Source of the DNA: Zootoca vivipara
Taxonomy: Eukaryota
NCBI RefSeq assembly: GCF_963506605.1
Contig: NC_083288.1
Span: 30,132,001 to 30,196,000 of the forward strand
Direction of reading: 5' to 3'
Length of the DNA: 64,000 nucleotides
Both the position numbers and the translations under genes were made by a program. Below the pieces are notes generated by a model. That model worked only from the letters and a program-made list of their open reading frames with translations. It was not told where the DNA came from and did not search any database. How positions within the stretch are numbered: the first letter of the stretch is position 1; each line of letters begins with the position of its first letter. Of this stretch, positions 57,216 to 64,000 are shown piece after piece.

Positions 57216-60077
57216 CTAGAAAAGAGAGAATGCATTATGTTGTGGAGATGATGATACATCCATCTCTGAAACAAGTACATAGGTTTCTCTGAAGTACCCT
57301 TGAAAAGCAATATTTACAATTCTATAGAATGGTTCTTACACATTTTCAGTATTTTCAGTATGGGGGCCATGATCCCTCATGAGTAATCTTTTTGGGCTTC
57401 ATTCCAGTGGTAGGTGAGGCCAGAGACAAACTTAGTTACATTAGGAGGTCAGAATAGCTGGAGAAACAGATGTAACCCTTACATTTATATTTATTCTGGC
57501 TGTGCTAAGTTCAAAGGTTTCTACACATAGACACATCTCCATCCTCCATCTAGACAAGCAAGAGGCATTTTCACAATTGAAGGGCACATTCTAGCCAGGC
57601 AAAGCAACCATGGAGGACATGAAGGTAAGTTGGTGACAGTGATTATATGCGGTGAGGAATATGGCTTGGGGAGAGGGCACAATTTTGATAAGAGTCCCAG
57701 GATCTAGATAGCACTCCTCCCTTTGGCCTTTGTTAAGCTGAATTCATACACAGGAAGGACAGTATGTGCAACCTCACTCTCAAATCCCCCCACACAAAGA
57801 ATTAATTGTTCAGTGTCTAGTGAAATAGTTCATTATGAGGTGTGCTGTTAACATACCCACCCTTTAATACAATAGTTAACATTGCTGAGTATATTGTAAA
57901 GTTACTAATATATACACACAAACCTAATTTAATATTTACAGAAGGTAAGGAAAGTCTAAGAACACTCATTTTAATATGATAATATGGTGGACACTTACCA
58001 TTTTTGTTAGAAATCTTCCCTTCTGGACATGCGTCACAATCATAGCAACAAAACTGCTCCCCCTCTTTCTTTTTTCTAACAGAACCTGGACGGCAGTTGT
58101 CATTACACACTGAAGAGGGAGGCATCTGTGCATGAATGCAAGACAGGATAAGCTTAGAGCATGCTTTTAATGTACAACTTGCACTAATGGAATCAGGAAA
58201 GCACATTCATATTTTCATGGTCTCATAACATGCCTCAGAAAGTACACAAAAGGTGCTGTGTCCATTGGTGCCTTGCAAAGGCAAAAGATTTACAATATAT
58301 GATGGCTCAAGCTAAATATATTAATTGGGTGAATGCAATTGATGTGCATATCTTAATAAATGTAAAGGGGGGGCACAAGTGAGCATGAGCTGAGTGAGGT
58401 GAGAAAAATCATCTTTTTTCTCTATGTGGTCATAATGTCACCCCATCCCAATACACTATTTGCACTGGAAATGAAACAGCCCTTGACACTAGGGAGGCAA
58501 GAAATTCCGTCTTAGCACATGGACAAATAGCTTTAAAGACCTAAACATTGGATAAATAAATGAGTAATCCAGGATTGCTCCTGGGTCAGTCATTACTTAT
58601 GGGTTTGGTCCCCTCCCAGCCAGAACCCAAAGTCCGACACTACCTGGTTAAACATCTTGTGCCATGTGATGATCTCTTCATGAAGAGAAAACTTTTTGTC
58701 TGGTAAGGCCCATGAATCAATCCTTCCTACTTTCACCCTCGAGAAAGACCTATTTGGGAAAGTAACCCAGTTTATAATATCAAATCTGCTTTCTAATTCA
58801 CCTCGCTCATCCAGAGAAACCTGATCCCCAGCACTGTTGTTGAAAGTGATTCTCCTCAAGAAGGGATGAAGCTATAATCAAAGAGGAATAATAACAACAA
58901 TTCATGCTTCACTCAATTTTCTTTGTTCATTATCATGTAAAATACTGCTACCTGACATTTTCTATCTAAGAGTTAGCCTAACAGTAACGTTTAAAAAGAT
59001 AGAGCAAAGTCAAACAATATAAAACATAAGCAAATATATCAATACAAACCAGAAGCAGCACTATAAGAAGAGGCCTATCAAGGCTGACAACTATCTATGA
59101 TTCAAATATCATAGGAAGAAGAAGCCCTCTCATCTATCATCTTAACTTAAGCAGAGAAGGGGCAGTGTGAGGCTTCACTTGATTAGACATCACCACAAAG
59201 AAGGCACTGTTTTGGAAATCAATCCACTGCACTTCAGATGATGAGAAAACACACAGCACTGCTTACACAAATGACCTGAATGGATAGGCAGGTTCAGACA
59301 AGAGATACCTGATGCTGTCTTGGTAGGTCTCTTGTTTTACTGTTGCCTGTGGTTACCAATTAGTACATAGTCTGACAGCACACAATGCATCCACCATCCT
59401 AAAGGTGAACAAATATGCTCAGTACCTGGATGGGAGACTACTTGTCAATCCTTTCTTAGTTTATGTGACTTTCATGATGGAAGAAAGGCAGCATATGACT
59501 AAAGAAGTAAGCAAATAAACAGAAGCACACATCTGTATTCTTTTCTATTGAGTATACAGTGGTACCTCGGTTTACAAACACAATTGGTTCCGGAAGTCTG
59601 TACTTAACCTGAAGCGCACTTAACCTGAAGCAAATTTTCCCATTGAAAGTAATGGAAAGTGGATTAATCCATTCCAGACGGTCCGCGGAGTACTTAAACT
59701 GATGCGTACTTAACCTGAAGCGAACTTTCCCATTGGAAGTAATGGAAAGTCGATAAATCCATTCCAGACAGGTCCACGGAGTACTTAAACTGAAAATACT
59801 CAAACCGAGGCGTACTTAAACCAAGGTATGACTGTAAATAAATCATCTTTGATCATGTCTTTGTTGTGAGAGGAAACCCCATCAATTTGTAGTGGCTTCC
59901 TGTATTTATTTATTTATCTTTCGTAAAGTTAAAAAAACAAACCACCTTTCGCCATCTAAGTCTCAAAGCAGCTTAGAATGAAAAAAATATGCAATATACT
60001 ACATGTAAAACATATATAAAACTTCACAAATGAAAAAATCTCAGAAATTAAAAATCTCAAAAATGTGAACACACACA

Positions 60078-60115
<38 letters not shown>

Positions 60116-63100
60116 CAAGGAAGCATTCTTGATCCAAAGGCATTCTGAAATGAAATGGTTTTAATCGTGCATCTTAAAATCAGTGGGGATGGTCCCTGTC
60201 TAACTTCTTGTGTGAGCAGGTTTCCATCAAGTTGGGCCCACAAAACTGAAGACAGAACTCCTTGTTGACACAGGTCATGCTTCAAGCCCATTATTTTAGG
60301 AGACTATAATAAAAGAAAGATGTGGGTTCATTCATTCTCCAGAAGCAATAAATGTCTGCCCATGTGCTACTCCAACAGTGTGATAGGAAATGTGTGCATT
60401 CCTGCACTACATATATATATTTCCATCCGATAAGAAGAATAGCTGAGCGGTTAGAGCTGGAAATGTTCAATTTTCTGTACCTCATCGTCACAGGTCATAT
60501 TTGGACTTAAAGGTGTTTTGTGATTGTAGAGATGATTTGGTTATGATGTAATACCTGCCATGGTTGTGGGTTTGGAAGTGCTGTCACCCCTCTTTTCTTG
60601 TGATTCAATGAGTACATAGCATGTAAAGCATGGGCTATCACATAAACAGCATTGTATATACTATAGCTTTGAGAAGTCATGCTCATTTCAAAAAATGGTC
60701 CAGAAAGGCTGCCTAGCTTTTCCTTCCCTGTGCAAGTTCCATCGCTTTCTGCAGCCACTTGAGAATCTGAAAGTAAGCAGTCAAAAGCCTGCTGCCAGAA
60801 GTCCTTTATAAAACCATCTCGATTCAGCGAATGAGGATTTAACGACTGCAGGAAAATTTGGAAACCCTCTATCTGATTGGTGTGAACTGCAAAAGACATG
60901 GCTCCCTGAAATACTTCTATACTCCAGCTCCTGTGAAACTGTACTGCTGGAAAGTCCCATTGGGCTGTCATGATCCACACTCTGCCAAGGGACGTCTCGG
61001 CCGTCTTATCTCTTTCCACTTGATACAATAAATATATCAAACGCAATATAGACATAGTTTCTGAAAACACGATAATTGTTTTTACTTTAGTGTCGTTAAC
61101 AAGGCAAAGCCTATCCGCTTCCGCTTGGTACCTATCCAGTAATTGAGAAAAGTCTGTCAGGGCTGGTGTCCTATCAGTGAAACCCAAGCAGATGCCATTC
61201 TGGGAGAGTTTGGGTATCAAGAGCTGTACAAAACTTTCTCCTTTGTCATCATCTGATGTGAAAATTCCAACCCAAGTCCACTGGAAATGAAGTAGTAGTT
61301 TGACAATTCCCAAGTACTGATTCTCTTCATTGGGGACCACCCGATAGAGGAAAGGGAACTGGATTTTAGCACTCAGAGAAGGACCAAACAGGAAATAAGA
61401 GAGCTACAAAAAGAAATGTATTGTTGATACCAGGTCAAAGATTGTGAACTTTCAGAAAGATTGGAAAGAGAGAAAAATGTTTCGTCCTCCCTTTATCCAG
61501 TTCCTCATTCCCCCCCCCCTAAAATTTGAAACTAGTTTTTCTGCATTTCTGATGCTATTAGCACCAGACTCCCTACCTTCCAATGCTGAGCAAACACAGG
61601 GGTGAGTGACATTATGCCTTGAGTGCAAAGACGTAGTTTGTAATTATGCAGCATATGCCATAACAATATGCCTCCTCTTTTCTTAAGCATTTTTCTATAT
61701 ACTATATCTGTGAAATATCACATGCTTCGCATACATATCCCACCTGAGGAATCTTATAGATGCTTAAGATGGTGGTCATGTAAAGAGAGGTTTCAGACTC
61801 GAGTCCCCCAATAGCACCTATCAGATTCTTCTGCTTGTCACAGTTGTAATTGGGGACCATCCTTTCCACTTGAAAGAGAAGATTTAGGGTAGTCTGGTAA
61901 GTTATTTTTTCATTGAAGTAGCTGTCATAGATGTGGAATCCCAGTGTAACATTTGGTAAGATCCTGGGATTCTCATTGATCTCTTTGACTGCAAACACCA
62001 AAGCCAGGACATGCTGGTAGTTTTTTATCACTACGCTGCAATAAAAATATATACCACATTAAACCAATATTTTAGACCTCATAAATAACTGAATATCTGA
62101 GATATCATGAACCCACAAGTCCACACTGTTTTTACAGAGACATCTGTTTTTCTACAGGACATATCTTTAAAAAAAATTAACATAGAGAGGCAGGCATTCT
62201 GTTCCTTTTTCTGAAGCTCTGTCCGCATTAAGCAGCACAAAGTTTGTCCAACTTTTGAGAAGGCAGAATTTCCAGTTCTGCCTTCACCTCAAAAGAAATG
62301 ATGTACATTCATATTTTAGAAACACAATTGATTGTTTTATTCGTTTTCTTTTAACATGTTTGCATATTGACTAAGACAATAAATAAATAATGAAACAAAT
62401 ATATTAATGGTACTGTTATTATATCAACCCCTTTAATAATCTATGAAAGGATACCATTCTCTCTGAAAATTTAGCTTATGCTGTAAAAAATACTTTTGGA
62501 CTGTTAATTTGTCAAAATCATTATGAGTTGTATGAAACTAGATGACTAACTCTAAATTAGAAATGTCTATTAATTCCATTGAATCTATTTGAGTAGGACT
62601 AGCACTGGCCATCACCCTATATCTGGAACAAAATAAAGATATGTGCATGACAGCAGAGACAGACAAACTGATGATAAAATCAACTAGATATTGTGAACAC
62701 CATGGAGAAATATATTCTGGCAGAGAAATTGTTGGTGTGTAGAGCTGATAAAAGGGGGTGTGTGGCAAATTGAGAAAGGAACTAACTATCCTCTAAAACA
62801 TACATGAATGTGTGTGTGTGTGTATAGTATGTATTTATGTATGTATGTATGTATGTATGTATATTGCAAGGATCCAGGAAAAGCATATTTTCCTGATATC
62901 AAAGAGACATTTCAAACATTATTTACTTTACCCATAGATATCTCACATGGGTAAAGAAAGCCAAAGAATAATGATATACTCAGAACTAAAGAATATGTTA
63001 AGGGTCTCATTTCCCAAGAAACCAGAGATGTTCTTATTGAGTATAGTAGAAGGAGAAATAACCAAGAAAGCACTTAGTCTTTTCTTCTATGCAATAGCAG

Positions 63101-63786
63101 CGGCCAGAATAATTTATGCCCAAAGGTGGAAGGACAAAAATAGTCCTGCAAAAATAGAGTGGTAGAATAAGCTAAGAGAATATGCAGAGCTAGCAAAGTT
63201 GACTGCAAGGAAAAGAAATCAGAATGAATCAGATATAAAAGAAGAGTGGGAATACTTTGACAAATATTTAAAGAAATAGAACAATCATATAAACTTCCAA
63301 GTGGGATTAGATATATAAACAGCAGTCAATATAAGCAGAAGAAGGGTGGTAAATAAAGAGATGCAGCTTAACAAGGACTAAATAAGACCCCACATAGTGA
63401 TGTGTGTAGAAGTCAGAGTGTAAGATAAACAATGGCAACTGTATAACTCATGTACTAAGATATGTAAAATGCATAAATAAAATATAAATAAATGAAGGAA
63501 TGGGATTATTATCGCCTGTCTATAAATGCTTTTATATGAAACAAGAAATTCCTTACAGGGGTTCTTCAAAAAGCATTTCATTGGGATGTTGATCAAAGTT
63601 CACAAAGTCAGAAAAGGGGAGAGACTGAGACACGATGCTGCCAATGATGAGGTCACCTGACTGAAAATACTCATGTGGAATACGGAGGGGATCATTCATT
63701 GTGCAAGTAAAGGGAAGTGCCTTGCAATCACTTAGGGGAAGAAGCACCAACCATACAACCAGTAGCCACAGCAACAAAATCAGCAT
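56317..63786 (-). CDS. Vomeronasal type-2 receptor (V2R) gene B, six exons, intact, 874 aa
   Basis: Exons 63786-63557 (230), 62035-61744 (292), 61403-60555 (849), 58871-58644 (228), 58125-57999 (127), 57215-56317 (899). All introns are GT-AG and the total is 2625 nt in frame. Confidence 0.93.
57999..58125 (-). CDS. V2R-B exon 5 (cysteine-rich domain)
   Basis: [14 protein letters not shown]...[16 protein letters not shown]. Confidence 0.92.
58644..58871 (-). CDS. V2R-B exon 4
   Basis: [15 protein letters not shown]...[11 protein letters not shown]...FNQ. Confidence 0.92.
59557..59834. mobile_element. Tigger/pogo-like MITE with an internal duplication
   Basis: TA|CAGTGGTACCTCGG...CCAAGGTATGACTG|TA. 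Confidence 0.88.
60555..61403 (-). CDS. V2R-B exon 3
   Basis: LSYFLFG...[23 protein letters not shown]...QPWQ. Confidence 0.92.
61744..62035 (-). CDS. V2R-B exon 2
   Basis: [35 protein letters not shown]...KIPQ. Confidence 0.92.
62947..63330 (+). mobile_element. L1 LINE ORF2 C-terminal fragment
   Basis: [12 protein letters not shown]...[18 protein letters not shown]...EW, typical of the ORF2 end of non-mammalian L1. Confidence 0.7.
63557..63786 (-). CDS. V2R-B exon 1
   Basis: [12 protein letters not shown]...[12 protein letters not shown]; donor gtaagg. Confidence 0.9.
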
Positions 63787-64000
63787 TGCACCACTCAGGG
63801 TGAAGCAAAATCCACTGCTCCGATCTAATTCATTACTGCACAATCAATTTACTGAGTATTCTGGTTCTGCTAGCCCAAAGTGATAGTTTATGGCCCATAA
63901 AAAAAACAACCCAGCAGCCTAGTTTGTCCAGCCTGTCACTTCACAGTCTGAAAAAGCCAGACATGTTTTATATCTGCTTTCATCATGATTGCTTATTGTG

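Noticed and set aside
59385-59442. 5S rRNA-like motif (agtacctggatgggagac)
   Set aside because: Only about 18 nt match; at most a decayed 5S-derived SINE remnant.

Overview
Eukaryotic, AT-rich vertebrate DNA, almost certainly a squamate and probably a lacertid lizard (inferred from Sauria and Squam-type SINEs, CR1/L2/Rex1/RTE LINEs and the V2R genes). It is a mixed chemoreceptor cluster. It holds four single-coding-exon family-14-like olfactory receptor (OR) genes on the minus strand (3.1-21.8 kb) and two family-6-like ORs on the plus strand (28.5 and 35.6 kb). It also holds two six-exon vomeronasal type-2 receptor (V2R) genes on the minus strand: V2R-A (42.2-52.4 kb) has a 1-bp frameshift and a GC donor, and V2R-B (56.3-63.8 kb) is intact at 874 aa. 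Between the V2Rs lies a collapsed copy of the OR block that the ORF track misses: an inverted OR14 pseudogene and a 'hollowed-out' OR6 gene that kept its upstream region, acceptor, ATG and poly(A) signal but lost its coding region. The rest is dense in transposable elements: hAT and Tc1/pogo MITEs with target-site duplications (TSDs), SINEs, LINE fragments and solo LTRs. The most unusual items are (i) a very young, internally deleted chromoviral Gypsy element whose integrase tail carries a chromodomain followed by two tandem acidic 'EFLGF' motifs resembling LEDGF/TFIIS-N-domain-interacting motifs, (ii) the natural deletion-OR remnant and OR/V2R co-duplication, and (iii) a Penelope-type minimal hammerhead ribozyme remnant. 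Repeat family names come from recall of consensus motifs, not from database searches.
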